32,000 nucleotides of DNA from positions 1 through 32,000 of the forward strand of contig NC_018267.1 of the NCBI RefSeq assembly GCF_000306885.1, written 5' to 3'. The notes under the pieces were generated by a model. It saw only the letters and a list, made by a program, of their open reading frames with translations. It made no database searches and was not told the DNA's origin. The translations under genes were made by a program, and so were the position numbers. This DNA comes from Wolbachia endosymbiont of Onchocerca ochengi. GTDB taxonomy: Bacteria; Pseudomonadota; Alphaproteobacteria; Rickettsiales; Anaplasmataceae. Shown in pieces: positions 17,997 to 29,060 of this stretch (the first letter of the stretch is position 1; the number at the start of each line of letters is the position of its first letter).

Positions 17997-19376
17997 TTAA
18001 TATCCAGTTAGCATTCTTTCCACCAATTCTCTTACTGTTGGTATGTAACCATTTTCATAAAATGGATCTTGCTTGAATTTGTATACATTATGCCCAGAAA
18101 ACATGAGTTCATTTTCAATATCACCGTCATGCATAATGCTTTGCAGTGTCTTTTGTATACAGAAACTTCGTGGATCTGGCTTTCGACCTGTTGAATGATT
18201 ACCATGATCTTTCCAATTACTAAACAAACAATGACTCAAACATCCCATACAATTAATTTGATCTTGTCTTATTTTCGCAAATTTATCTGGTGTTACAAAA
18301 ATAACAGTTGTATCTGGAGTTTTCATTGCTTTTGTATATCCTGCTTCAGTCCATGCATTTACCAGTTTTTTATCTTTTGCAGTCAAATAGATTTTTCTAC
18401 CCCTTGCACCAACTACAAATTCACTACTAAATTCTTCACTGGCATTTTCTGAAAATTTCACTTGACGTAAGTTCCGCTCCTGCAATTCACGTATGAAATT
18501 ATTTTTCAGTGCAGATGAGTAAAATCCTGTTGGACTAAACTTATTTAAAAATACGTCACCTTCTTCTAAAGTTAACAACTTATTCTTCCACTTCAAAGAA
18601 ATTGGGCTTTCCTTAGTCAAAAGTGAACGAGTACCAAACTGAAAAGCTATTGGTCCGATTTGCAAATTGTCAAGCCAGTGTTCCCAATCTTTTAAATGCC
18701 ATACTCCTCCTGCCATAACAATCGGCGCTTTAGAAAGACCGACCTCACTCATAAAAGATCTAAGTTCTGCAACCCTTTCAAACGGAGCTTGTGGTAGCGT
18801 CGGGTCTTCACTACTACTAAGCCCATTATGTCCCCCAGCAAGCCATGGATCCTCATACACCACTCCACCAAGCAAAAAAGAAGATACTTTTTGGTAAGCA
18901 CGCTTCCATAATGCTTTAAAAGCACGTACCGATGAAATAATAGGGTAATAATAGACCTGATATTTGGCTGCAATTTCTCCAAGCCTGTAAGGCATACCAG
19001 CACCACAAGTAATACCATGCACTAAACCTCTCGCTTTTTCTAATATGCCATGAAGTACACGTTCTGCTGCCCCCATTTCCCACAGCACATTCATATGTAC
19101 CCTTCCACAGCCTTGTGATATTTCATTCGCTATTTTTGCCTGACTAATTCCAGCTTCAATGCTGTATTCAATCAATTCTTCATGTTTTTCATTTCTTGTT
19201 TTGCCTTTATAAATTAGCGGTACCAACTCACCATTGTCATCAATAAGCTTAGCATTTACACCAGAAAATGTACCAACAGCACCAGCCGCAGCAAACGCCC
19301 CGCTTGATCTTCCGTCACTAATTGCAATACCTTTACCACCCTCAATGATTGGCCATACTTCCTGTCCTGAAATCAT
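17997..19376 (-). CDS. nitronate monooxygenase (2-nitropropane dioxygenase) family flavoprotein
   Basis: About 460-aa ORF with the TIM-barrel NMO-like pattern: WPIIEGGKGIAISDG, ITCGAGMP, PIVMAGGV. I prefer the ATG at 19376; the track ORF begins at a TTG at 19400. Assignment is at family level only. Confidence 0.75.
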   Translation of the reverse strand: MISGQEVWPIIEGGKGIAISDGRSSGAFAAAGAVGTFSGVNAKLIDDNGELVPLIYKGKTRNEKHEELIEYSIEAGISQAKIANEISQGCGRVHMNVLWEMGAAERVLHGILEKARGLVHGITCGAGMPYRLGEIAAKYQVYYYPIISSVRAFKALWKRAYQKVSSFLLGGVVYEDPWLAGGHNGLSSSEDPTLPQAPFERVAELRSFMSEVGLSKAPIVMAGGVWHLKDWEHWLDNLQIGPIAFQFGTRSLLTKESPISLKWKNKLLTLEEGDVFLNKFSPTGFYSSALKNNFIRELQERNLRQVKFSENASEEFSSEFVVGARGRKIYLTAKDKKLVNAWTEAGYTKAMKTPDTTVIFVTPDKFAKIRQDQINCMGCLSHCLFSNWKDHGNHSTGRKPDPRSFCIQKTLQSIMHDGDIENELMFSGHNVYKFKQDPFYENGYIPTVRELVERMLTGY

Positions 19377-19567
19377 TATTTTTTTTATCTTATTTTTCAA
19401 GTCTTCCTCATAATTTTTCGTTCTATTCTACTTAATTACTAAAAAAACAATAGCTGTTTATTTTCTCTTAACATAATTAAAGTCTACGCAAACAAATTTG
19501 AGTTTTAAATGGACATATAAAAAACAACTACTGTAGATATATAGCTTTACTAATATATTTTTAGCAT

Positions 19568-20155
19568 ATGGTTATAGGTTTAGCAGGTGAAATTGAAGTA
19601 AGAAAGAGTTTTGTAGCTAATTGCTTTAAAAAATTTTGTGCCGTTGTGTTTAACACTAATTTTATCGTATACCAGCTTTACAAAGTAAATAAGGGCATAA
19701 TAAGTTACACAGAAGAAAATTTTCCTATAGTGGTAGTAAATGGTGAAATAGATAAAAAACAGTACTATCTAAATATCTTCTAGCTTATGATGAAAATTGA
19801 AAGCAATTTCAATCTTTAGTTCATCTACTGTGCAAAATGAACTGTGATTCTCTATTGCTCAGGAAAAGAAGACTGATAAGAAACTTTTAATTTTGGATAT
19901 TCCTCTTTTGTTAGAAACAAAACTTTGTTTATATTGCGACTCTATTGTTCTTATCCATGCAGACAACATTATACAAGTTCAAAGGCTAATTCAACACAAC
20001 ATAGACAAAGAAAATCTGAATCTGATTTCTAATATTCAATTATCTATTAAGAAAAAAGAAGGATAAGTGACTTTGCTATTAATACCAGTACAAACAAAGA
20101 GTATGTTCTTTTTCAAAGAAAAAATATAATGGATTTGTTAAATTCCAGCAGTTGA
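19568..20155 (+). pseudogene. coaE: dephospho-CoA kinase, degraded
   Basis: The N-terminus MVIGLAGEIEVRKS is a ruined P-loop (expected GLTGGIGSGKS). CoaE-like sequence then continues across at least 3 frames with in-frame stops. The pieces are LAYDEN-stop-KQFQSLVH, then STVQNEL-stop-FSIAQEKKTDKKLLILDIPLLLETKL..CDSIVLIHAD, then RISDFAINTSTNKEYVLFQ...stop at 20153-20155. Confidence 0.88.
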
Positions 20156-21337
20156 CTTCAACTTACAACCTGTATTTATCAAATTACTCCGAATTTCAGT
20201 TATATTATTCGTAAATTTCACTACCGAGATTTCAAACTTTGAGCTTGCATTCAAAAATGATTCAACTGACTTACCGAAAAAGTCATACCTCCACCCTTTA
20301 AATAGTTTATCCATTTGTCCAGATATCGAACCAACTAATTCATCCTTTGAAGAAACCAATTTTCTTGATATGTTATTTTCTTTACACTTGCTCTCTAGAA
20401 TAACTGAAAGTATATCAAACACAGACCTATCATGACTGTTTAACGAAGTATAATTTTGTTGTATAAAATCTTTTTCATTCTCATTGAAAATATCTACAAA
20501 TTCTAACAAATCTTTCTCCTTTACATTTTTTGCGTTCTTCTTGAGATTTTCTAAAATCTCATCAACACGCTCTACGTTTCTCTCAATAAACCCAGCTATT
20601 ATAGAATTATTAATTATTTTATTACGATTCGTATTATAGCGCTGTGCTAAGGTCTCTTGCCATTCACTAACTGCTTTAACAGTCAACGTTAATCTCGGAT
20701 TTACTCCATGATTAAACTTAATTCTCTTCCATGCATCTTTTGGACTTTGCAAATACTTATTTATATCAACCACTGATTCCATCTCTTCTCGAAACCAGCC
20801 CATTCTATTCTTTTCTTCAAGCTTATCGTGCAATATTTGATGTAGATCATATAGATGAACTACATCACTTACTGCATAGTTTAACTGATCTTCGGACAAT
20901 GGACGCTTCAACCAGTCTGAATTTTTAGCTTTAACCTTATTCAGCACTATTCCCTGATATTGTTCCACTACTTTTGAGTAACCAATAAAATTATAGTAAT
21001 AATGACAAAACATAGCAGCAACTTGGGTATCAAAAATGGGAGCAGGTATACACTTAAATACAGTAAATAAAGATTCTATGTCTTGCCGACAGCTGTGAAA
21101 TACTTTAATTATTTCTCGATCAAGCATGACTTTCTTAACAAATGATAAATCAATCTCTGGCGCTAACACATCTATAACAAAACTCCTTTCCTTATAAGAA
21201 ATTTGAATTAATGACAATTTAGGATAATAGGTTAAGTTATTTCTAACGAACTCTGTGTCAACAGCTATAAATTTTGGCTTTTTCGCTATTAGCTCCCTAC
21301 ATATATTATTCAGATCCGACATTGTGCTAATTAGCAT
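20138..21337 (-). CDS. rnd: ribonuclease D
   Basis: Contains DEDD exonuclease motifs (FIAVDTEFVR, KVFHSCRQDIE, YAVSDVVHLYDL) followed by an HRDC-like region. I place the start at the ATG at 21337 (MLISTMSDL...); the track ORF starts at a TTG at 21388. Confidence 0.85.
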   Translation of the reverse strand: MLISTMSDLNNICRELIAKKPKFIAVDTEFVRNNLTYYPKLSLIQISYKERSFVIDVLAPEIDLSFVKKVMLDREIIKVFHSCRQDIESLFTVFKCIPAPIFDTQVAAMFCHYYYNFIGYSKVVEQYQGIVLNKVKAKNSDWLKRPLSEDQLNYAVSDVVHLYDLHQILHDKLEEKNRMGWFREEMESVVDINKYLQSPKDAWKRIKFNHGVNPRLTLTVKAVSEWQETLAQRYNTNRNKIINNSIIAGFIERNVERVDEILENLKKNAKNVKEKDLLEFVDIFNENEKDFIQQNYTSLNSHDRSVFDILSVILESKCKENNISRKLVSSKDELVGSISGQMDKLFKGWRYDFFGKSVESFLNASSKFEISVVKFTNNITEIRSNLINTGCKLKSTAGI

Positions 21338-21504
21338 ATATTTTTCATTTAATAATGCGATTTTACCGCTTGAATTAAATTTTTGCAACCAGTGACTTCT
21401 GGTAGAACTTTCTATCGCTTATATTCCCCCATAAAAGTCTTAGTTAAAGCACATGAAAACTATTTACAATCAAAGCTTAACCTGATAAATTAAAAACAGT
21501 TTAT

Positions 21505-21576
21505 TCCTCGGTAGCTCAGTGGTAGAGCAGTTGGCTGTTAACCAATTGGCCGCTGGTTCGAATCCGGCCCGGGGAG
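21505..21576 (+). tRNA. tRNA-Asn (anticodon GUU)
   Basis: Cloverleaf fold. The acceptor stem is TCCTCGG/CCGGGGA, the D arm GCTCAGTGGTAGAGC, the anticodon loop CTGTTAA, and the T arm GCTGG-TTCGAAT-CCGGC. The discriminator is G and no CCA is encoded. Confidence 0.95.
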
Positions 21577-21660
21577 TCATGCTAAAACTTTAATAAAATA
21601 TAAATTTGTTACGGTAGCTTATTTTCATCGCTTATACATACAGTCTTCTGCTTTTAATTA

Positions 21661-22121
21661 CTAGCTAAAAATTCCATCTTCTTTCCACAATTTGTTAATT
21701 TTCTACTGTTTTTCTCAGAAAATTAGGTGCTTCTTTACAATTTTGAGGAAAGTAAATAAATGAATTTTTGCAACGCTAGGAGAACCGTTTTCTGCATAAA
21801 TATAGTTAATCTAATTAAGATTTTTTAATATTTAATATGAAAAAAATAGACTTTAGCCACCATTATTTATCTAATTGTAGATTAGAAGAATTGTATAACT
21901 ACAATCTGCCCTAGCTCTTTATAGCAACACTTGAATTACTTACTAAACGTATATCAAGGAAGAACACTTTTACTTTTTATATACCAAAAATTCTTTTTAA
22001 AAGGCTGATCACAACCTTAAATCAAAAAATTTAGAAGGAGCCATAACCACAAGAGCCTTAATCCTGTATATTATAATACAAGATTTATCAAAAAAAATTC
22101 AATGTCAAAATCAGTAATATA
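21661..22121 (-). pseudogene. nuoI: probable relic of NADH-quinone oxidoreductase subunit I
   Basis: It lies immediately downstream of the nuoH stop, the canonical nuoG-H-I position, and spans about 154 codons. Multi-frame translation gives NuoI landmarks in order with near-native spacing. ITDFDIEFF.. and RIKAL....SKFF match the N-terminus up to ..KYFF. KVVI-(2 nt)-PFKK at 22018-21993 matches KVT.NYP.EK. C.AIKS*GADCSYTILLIYN matches [20 protein letters not shown] position for position, with most Cys lost. NNGG*S....Y matches DGSRRTTRY, YIYAENG matches CIYCG.C, and LIF*EKQ...N..W.E matches LIYDKE.LL.NG..WE. Stops and frameshifts occur throughout. Confidence 0.5.
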
Positions 22122-22122
22122 T

Positions 22123-23148
22123 TTATAACTCTAAACTTGGTAAATTTTTAGTAAAGAGAAGTACTCCTGAAGTGAGTATTACCCAAAGTACCGATATTGG
22201 TAGAAACACTTTCCAACCAAGACGCATTAGTTGATCATACCGATAACGAGGTACAGTTGCCCTAACCCAAATAAATATGAATAATAGTAAAACTATCTTC
22301 AAAACGAACCAAACTAAACCTGGTATTTTATACAGCAAATTAAATTTCATAGGAGGATACCACCCTCCTAGAAAAAATATTGTCATCATAGCACTTGCTA
22401 AAATCATGTTAGCATATTCTCCAAGAAAGAAAAGAGCAAAAGGCATTGATGAATACTCAACGTTATATCCAGAAACAAGCTCTGCTTCAGCTTCCGGTAA
22501 ATCAAAAGGGTGGCGATTAGTTTCTGCAAGAAGTGAAATAAAAAACACTATTGCTATAGGCATTAATAACATATCAACCCAAAATGGCATATTATGCTTT
22601 ACCACTACCATTTCTCCGAGATTTAGTGTACCAGTTATAATAACAATTGTAGCAGCTATAAGGCCTATTGAAACTTCATATGAGATCATTTGAGCAGCTG
22701 ACCTTATGCTACCTAAAAATGCATAATTAGAATTACTAGACCAGCCTGCAATAATGATACCATATATTCCCAAGGAGGATATAGCTAGGACATAGAGCAC
22801 TCCGACATTAATATTTGCCATTGCCTTAGGAATTACTACTTGCTGCCCATTTTCTATAATTACTTTAGCACCAAATGGTACCACTGCCCATGCAATTAAT
22901 GCTAAAACAAAGGTAAGAATCGGAGCCATGATGAATAATATGGTATTTGCTCTAGACGGTATTATTGGCTCTTTGGTTAGTAACTTAATAGCATCTGCAA
23001 ATGGTTGTAATAGTCCAAAAGGTCCAACAACACTTGGACCATGTCGTAGTTGAATTGCACCAATAACTTTGCGCTCAAAATACACTAAATACGCAACTGA
23101 AAGCAGTAGCTGCACCAAAATGAATAAGATGTTAACTAGCGTGCTCAT
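22123..23148 (-). CDS. nuoH: NADH-quinone oxidoreductase subunit H
   Basis: 341-aa polytopic ORF containing [60 protein letters not shown] and RYRYDQLM. Confidence 0.96.
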   Translation of the reverse strand: MSTLVNILFILVQLLLSVAYLVYFERKVIGAIQLRHGPSVVGPFGLLQPFADAIKLLTKEPIIPSRANTILFIMAPILTFVLALIAWAVVPFGAKVIIENGQQVVIPKAMANINVGVLYVLAISSLGIYGIIIAGWSSNSNYAFLGSIRSAAQMISYEVSIGLIAATIVIITGTLNLGEMVVVKHNMPFWVDMLLMPIAIVFFISLLAETNRHPFDLPEAEAELVSGYNVEYSSMPFALFFLGEYANMILASAMMTIFFLGGWYPPMKFNLLYKIPGLVWFVLKIVLLLFIFIWVRATVPRYRYDQLMRLGWKVFLPISVLWVILTSGVLLFTKNLPSLEL

Positions 23149-25183
23149 AAAAGGCTTTAGTACAATCTGCCATTATTTTTGAAGCGCGACTTATTGGATC
23201 TGTCATATAAAAATTACACTCTTTTAAAGTAAAAGGTTTACTGCTTAAGATTATTTTTTTACTGCAATTAGTTAAAATTAACTTGTTTTTTACCACTTGA
23301 TCAGCATTCCTAAACTGTGGACCGATAGTATCTAATTTTTTTCTCACATCAAATAAACTATCATATGGCAAGGGGAAACCCAAATATTGGGATAAATTCT
23401 TGATGATTAACCAATCTTCCTTTGCTTCGCCAGGGGGAAGTACAGCTAAATTCGTTCTTTGGGCTCGACCTTCAGTATTCACGTAAGTTGCATATTTCTC
23501 TGTGTACGCAGCCCCAGGTAAAATAATATCTGCTACATGTGCTCCTCTATCGCCATGATGACCTTGATAAATTACAAATGTATTCCCTAACTTTGATGTG
23601 TCGATTTCATCCGCACCAAGAAGATAAACAACTTCTATCTCACCACTCTCTGCTTGCTTTAATATTTGGTTGATGTCTTTTCCACCATTTTTAGGGACAA
23701 ATCCAATATCTAATCCACCAACTCTTGCTGCGGCTTTATGCAAAACATTAAAACCATTCCAGTCATCTTTAACCATATTAAATTTTTCTGCAATTGAAAT
23801 GGCTAAAGCTAAAATTGACTCGGAATCACTTCTTGTTAATGCGTCTTGACCTACAATAAGCATAGGGTTTTGGGCAGCACTCAATAGCTCGCAAAATTTA
23901 TGATCTCCATTTACTATTTCATTCAAGATATTAGGATTATTACCTAACTTTTCAACACAATATAAATACTCAACATCAGGACCAACGCTTGCAATAGGGA
24001 AATTCCCTTGTAAGTATCTTTTTCTTATACGTGCATTAATAATTGGGGCCTCTACTTTAGGATTTGTATTTATAAGTAAACATAAGTCTGCATTTTCTAT
24101 ATCCTCAATGGTGGTGTTAAACACATATGATCCACGATTGTCTGATATAAGTTTTGCTCCATCCTGTCTACAATCTAAATTTGCTGATCCAAGCTTATGC
24201 ATCATTTCCTTTAGTAAAAGCATAGATTCACAATCTGCTAAATCACCTGCAACTGCAGCTATTTTACTTGGTTCTGTACTCTTTAGCTTTTTTGCAGCAA
24301 CTGTTAATGCTTCATTCCAATCAACTGAAACTAATTTACCATTTCTCTTTATATAAGGTTGATCGAGACGTTGCACTTTTAGTCCATCGTAAGCAAAACG
24401 AGTTTTATCTGATATCCATTCTTCATTGATTTCTTCATTAAGTCTCGGTAATATTCGCATAATTTCAAGACCGCGATAGTCAACCCTGATTGCACTTCCT
24501 ACAGCATCAAGTACATCTATAGTTTCACAATGTGATAGCTCCCATGAACGGGCCTTAAACAAGTAAGGCTTCGAAGTTAAAGCCCCTACAGGACAGAGAT
24601 CTATGATATTTCCAGATAATTCAGAGCTGATGTACCTTTTCACATAAGTACTAATCTCCATCTTTTCTCCTCTACCAATTCCTCCAAGTTCATTTGTACC
24701 TGCTACATCAGACAAAAACCTAATGCACCGAGTACAATGAATACATCTATTCATTGCAGTTTCAATCAGTGGCCCAAAATATTTTTTTTGTACGGCCCTT
24801 TTATATTCATCAAATCTACTTATTCCTTTTCCATAAACCATTGTTATATCTTGTAGGTCACATTCACCACCTTGATCACAAATTGGACAGTCAAGTGGAT
24901 GGTTAATAAGCAAAAACTCAAGCACACCTTCACGTGCTTTTTTAACTTTCGGAGTATCAGTGTGGATAACCATACCTTCTACAACTGGTGTTGCGCAAGA
25001 AGCTATCGGTTTTGGAGGTCCTCCCTCAACTTCAACCAGACACATTCTACAGTTGCCAGCAATTATTAAACGCTCATGATAACAAAAGCGCGGAATTTCA
25101 ACACCTACGGTTTCGCAAGCTTGAATTATAGTAAACCCAGGCTCTACTTTACATTCCTTAGAATTAATGGTAATCTTAACCAC
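23132..25183 (-). CDS. nuoG: NADH-quinone oxidoreductase subunit G
   Basis: 683-aa ORF with a GTG start. It has an N-terminal 2Fe-2S/4Fe-4S region ([59 protein letters not shown]) and a molybdopterin-like domain. It overlaps the nuoH start by 17 nt. Confidence 0.96.
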   Translation of the reverse strand: MVKITINSKECKVEPGFTIIQACETVGVEIPRFCYHERLIIAGNCRMCLVEVEGGPPKPIASCATPVVEGMVIHTDTPKVKKAREGVLEFLLINHPLDCPICDQGGECDLQDITMVYGKGISRFDEYKRAVQKKYFGPLIETAMNRCIHCTRCIRFLSDVAGTNELGGIGRGEKMEISTYVKRYISSELSGNIIDLCPVGALTSKPYLFKARSWELSHCETIDVLDAVGSAIRVDYRGLEIMRILPRLNEEINEEWISDKTRFAYDGLKVQRLDQPYIKRNGKLVSVDWNEALTVAAKKLKSTEPSKIAAVAGDLADCESMLLLKEMMHKLGSANLDCRQDGAKLISDNRGSYVFNTTIEDIENADLCLLINTNPKVEAPIINARIRKRYLQGNFPIASVGPDVEYLYCVEKLGNNPNILNEIVNGDHKFCELLSAAQNPMLIVGQDALTRSDSESILALAISIAEKFNMVKDDWNGFNVLHKAAARVGGLDIGFVPKNGGKDINQILKQAESGEIEVVYLLGADEIDTSKLGNTFVIYQGHHGDRGAHVADIILPGAAYTEKYATYVNTEGRAQRTNLAVLPPGEAKEDWLIIKNLSQYLGFPLPYDSLFDVRKKLDTIGPQFRNADQVVKNKLILTNCSKKIILSSKPFTLKECNFYMTDPISRASKIMADCTKAFYEHAS

Positions 25184-25196
25184 AAATTTAAACCCA

Positions 25197-25409
25197 CTAT
25201 ATAGCTTCCCATTTTATAGGGCTACCACTTATTTCATCTTCAACCAAATTACCATCGTCATATTGAGCAGACATATAATTTACACGTGAATCACGATCTA
25301 TATATCTGACTGGTTTTACTGGTTTATCTTTATACATTTTTTGTTCAGCTTTTTTACGCTGAGTAGGATTATTTTTACTAGCTGTTTTTTCTTTTCCGCC
25401 TATTACCAT
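25197..25409 (-). CDS. 70-aa hypothetical protein (basic N-terminus, acidic C-terminus) upstream of nuoG
   Basis: The ORF is preceded by a strong Shine-Dalgarno sequence (AGGAG, 5 nt before the ATG). It ends 13 nt before the nuoG start on the same strand. I recognise no family. Confidence 0.55.
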   Translation of the reverse strand: MVIGGKEKTASKNNPTQRKKAEQKMYKDKPVKPVRYIDRDSRVNYMSAQYDDGNLVEDEISGSPIKWEAI

Positions 25410-26356
25410 ATAGACTCCTAAAAATTCTTTATTTTCATTTTAACACTTGAGTATATAACGTCAATATTAAATAACTTTAAAGTTTTAATTAATAAGCAAC
25501 CACTAGTAACCAAAGAAAAATATCAGCTAGGCTTATAAGCTACGGCTAGCATTTTTATAATTTCACCATAAAAAGTCTGCTTACGCTGATTAAGTTTTAT
25601 AAATACTATGGTTGAATTAGTACAATTATAAAGGCATCCAGAAACATAGTAAGAATATAGTATAAAACAGAAAATTATAAATAGCCCAAATACCATTTTT
25701 TAAAAAGATTTTATTGTTGTTTACATCAGAATGATGTTTATAAGAGTATATCCGCATTTTTTTATATATACCACGCAGTAACTTTCCTGAAGGGCCACTA
25801 AGCTTTGCTGCCATTAATATATTAAAATATTACACTAATAGTAGTATCACAAGCATGATCATACAGATAACCAGTTTTAAGTATCATTGTATTATTATAT
25901 AACGCAGGTGAATAATGTAGAAAAAATAGAAAAAACTTGCACAAATACTATTCTTGCTATAGAACAATACCAATTACAAATACTAAAGATAGTGTCAAAA
26001 TTCCTGAATAACTCATATTTCAATATCCATAAACTTTATATATCTTACGATGTTTAAACTAGAATAAAGAAAGATATGTTATTAAATAATTGTAAGCACC
26101 CTTATCTTTATATAAAGTACTCAGATGACATTCTTGGTGATTAGCAACGTCGACGATCTACTGTATCATATTATCTTTTATTAGATGCATGAGCAAGAAA
26201 CCTACTACTAAAACAAATGGTATTACAATAAGTAAAATACAATACTGCGTCAACATATAACGTAGAAGAACCTTGCTTGAGTTAACTATAGCTAAAATTT
26301 TGCAGAAAACTATATTGCAATTCAATTAATTGACGTATAAGCTTTAAATAAAGCCT

Positions 26357-27850
26357 ATGAAAAAAATGGAAGTTTGTTATTCGTTTGACGATATACTTCT
26401 TTTACCAGCTCATTCTAATATATTGCCTTGTGATACGGATACAAAAACTTATTTAACAAACAATATAGAACTCAACATCCCTCTTATATCCTCTGCAATG
26501 GATACTGTTACCGAATCAGACTTTGCAATAACTATTGCTCAGCATGGTGGAATAGGCTGCATACATAAAAACCTATCAATAGATGAACAAGTTTCAGAGG
26601 TTAGAAGGGTAAAAAAATATGAAAGTTGGATTGTATACAATCCTATTACAATTTCCCCAGATAAAACAGTTGCGGAAGCAATTTTATTAATGAAAGAGTA
26701 TAACTACTCCGGTATTCCTGTAGTTGACCAACATAGGTTAGTTGGCATCCTCACTAACCGAGATTTAAGGTTTATTGAAGACCGGAACATAAATATAAAA
26801 GTCTCTGAAGTAATGACAAAAGATAAGTTAATTACGGTGCGGGAGCAAGAAGTGAACAGTGCTTCAGCAATGAAATTGTTACATGAAAATAGAATAGAGA
26901 AACTTTTAGTCATAGATGAGAACTCTTGTTGTATAGGATTAATTACAATTAAGGACATTGAAAAATACAATAAGTACCCCAACTCATGCAAAGACAGCAA
27001 AGGACGACTAAGAGTTGCTGCTGCAATTGGCACTGGTAAAAAGGATGGCATTGAAAGGTGTGAAGCTTTAATTGGAAAAGAAATTGACGTAATTATTATA
27101 GATACTGCTCATGGTCATTCTGAAAATGTTATTAATACCATTAGGGAAATAAAAGCTATGTACCCAAACACACAGTTAGTAGGTGGAAACATTGCTACAA
27201 AAGAGGCTGCTGAAGCGTTAATTGATGTGGGCGTTGATGCAGTAAAGGTTGGCATAGGACCTGGATCAATCTGTACAACTAGAATAGTTACAGGTGTTGG
27301 TGTACCACAATTTTCCGCAATTCAAAATGTTGCAGAAGTATGTAAGGCAAGAAAAGTAAGATTAATTGCCGATGGTGGTATAAAGTACTCAGGAGACGTT
27401 GCAAAAGCTATTGCAGCTGGCGCTGACTCTGTAATGATTGGTTCACTTTTTGCAGGCACTGACGAAAGTCCAGGTGAAATTATCACATATAAGGGTAGAA
27501 CATACAAATGCTACCGAGGAATGGGATCTATTAGCGCAATGAAAAGAGGCTCAGCTAGCCGTTATTTTCAAGACAAAGACTCAAAGCTAAAATTAGTCCC
27601 ACAAGGAGTAGAGGGAAGAGTTCCATCTAAAGGTCCAGCTTCAGGAGTAATTCATCAATTAATTGGTGGACTACAAGCTGCAATGGGATACACTGGTAAT
27701 AGGAGTATAGAAGAAATGAGAAAAAACTGTAAATTCGTTACTATCACTTCATCAGGATTAAGAGAAAGTCATGCTCATGATATAATCATTACACAAGAGC
27801 CTCCAAACTACTCTCACCAAGCATCTAATTTATCAGCCAACTCAGAGTGA
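26357..27850 (+). CDS. guaB: IMP dehydrogenase
   Basis: Contains FDDILLLPA, a tandem CBS insert, the catalytic loop [25 protein letters not shown] and GMGS. The start may be the second ATG at 26366. Confidence 0.96.
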   Translation: MKKMEVCYSFDDILLLPAHSNILPCDTDTKTYLTNNIELNIPLISSAMDTVTESDFAITIAQHGGIGCIHKNLSIDEQVSEVRRVKKYESWIVYNPITISPDKTVAEAILLMKEYNYSGIPVVDQHRLVGILTNRDLRFIEDRNINIKVSEVMTKDKLITVREQEVNSASAMKLLHENRIEKLLVIDENSCCIGLITIKDIEKYNKYPNSCKDSKGRLRVAAAIGTGKKDGIERCEALIGKEIDVIIIDTAHGHSENVINTIREIKAMYPNTQLVGGNIATKEAAEALIDVGVDAVKVGIGPGSICTTRIVTGVGVPQFSAIQNVAEVCKARKVRLIADGGIKYSGDVAKAIAAGADSVMIGSLFAGTDESPGEIITYKGRTYKCYRGMGSISAMKRGSASRYFQDKDSKLKLVPQGVEGRVPSKGPASGVIHQLIGGLQAAMGYTGNRSIEEMRKNCKFVTITSSGLRESHAHDIIITQEPPNYSHQASNLSANSE

Positions 27851-28274
27851 AGTTATATAGTTGTGTAGTTAATCATATTAAGCTAATGTCTTTAGCACCA
27901 GTGGTAAGTTCGATTTATCCAGTCCACACTAATTATAAATGTTAAGAAATTTACCAAAAAAAAGAGAAAATGTAAAAAACCATAGTGTTGGTTTTAGCTC
28001 TCTAATTATAATTAAAGCTAACATTCTTTCTTACACTTAACTTAAGTGAGGTTTGGCTAAATATAGAAAAACTTTTGAAAACATATAGCTACTATAATTT
28101 TATGTAACTTGCAAAAAAATACCTTAAGTTTTTTACTGAATTTTATTACTGAATCTGCAGATCAAAAAGAAATTTTAGAATTAGAAACACTCTTAACTCT
28201 AAGAAAATAAGGTTGCTAGACTTCGTTAAGTAACTTCCATGGCAGTTAGCTACTTTCCACTAACAATCATTTTG

Positions 28275-29060
28275 CTAAATATTAGCATCAAGATACTCTC
28301 TGATCTTCTTTAAGTCTTCCCAAGCTAAACGTTTTTGCGATGGTTGACGAAGTAGGTAAGCTGGATGAAATATAGCAATTGTAGTAATTGAATGGAATAA
28401 ATATTGGTTAGTATAAGTATGAAATCTACCACGTAAGGTTGATATAATTTTCGTGTTATCAAGAAGACTATAACACGCGATTCCCCCAACTAAAACCAGA
28501 ATCTTCGGTGAAATCAGTACAATATGTTTTTCGACAAATGGCCTACATATATCAAGCTCTAAGTTAGTTGGTTTTCTATTACCTGGTGGACGCCAAAATA
28601 CAACATTGCTTATATATACTTTAGTGCGGTCGAGGTTTATTGCATTTAACATTTTATCAAGCAGCATTCCACTTGCGCCACAAAATGGTATGCCTTGCAG
28701 GTCTTCACTTGCACCTGGAGCTTCACCAATAAGCATAATTTTTGCATTTGGATTACCATCGGAAAAAACAGTATTAGTTGCAGTTTTTTTTATCTCACAA
28801 CCTTCAAACGATGTAACTACACTTCTTAGTTCACTTACACTATTACACTTGCTTGCAAGCTTTCTCGCCTCAATTACCCAATCACTTGGAAACATAAATT
28901 GTTGCCCTTTTCTTTGGGTTTCAGCCTGAATGGTAGTGGACTGTATAAACTTACTTTCTTTTTCTTCCTTTACTTCCTTTTCCTCTTCGCTCTCTGTTAA
29001 CGTACAATCAATACCCTCTTCGTAGTAGAATCTCAATAATTCCAGATCTTCATTACTCAT
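28275..29060 (-). CDS. family-4-type uracil-DNA glycosylase with acidic N-terminal extension
   Basis: The core is IMLIGEAPGASEDLQGIPFCGASGMLLDKML, followed by VFWRPPGNRKP and AIFHPAYLLR. The last 8 nt of def overlap its start. Confidence 0.85.
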   Translation of the reverse strand: MSNEDLELLRFYYEEGIDCTLTESEEEKEVKEEKESKFIQSTTIQAETQRKGQQFMFPSDWVIEARKLASKCNSVSELRSVVTSFEGCEIKKTATNTVFSDGNPNAKIMLIGEAPGASEDLQGIPFCGASGMLLDKMLNAINLDRTKVYISNVVFWRPPGNRKPTNLELDICRPFVEKHIVLISPKILVLVGGIACYSLLDNTKIISTLRGRFHTYTNQYLFHSITTIAIFHPAYLLRQPSQKRLAWEDLKKIREYLDANI

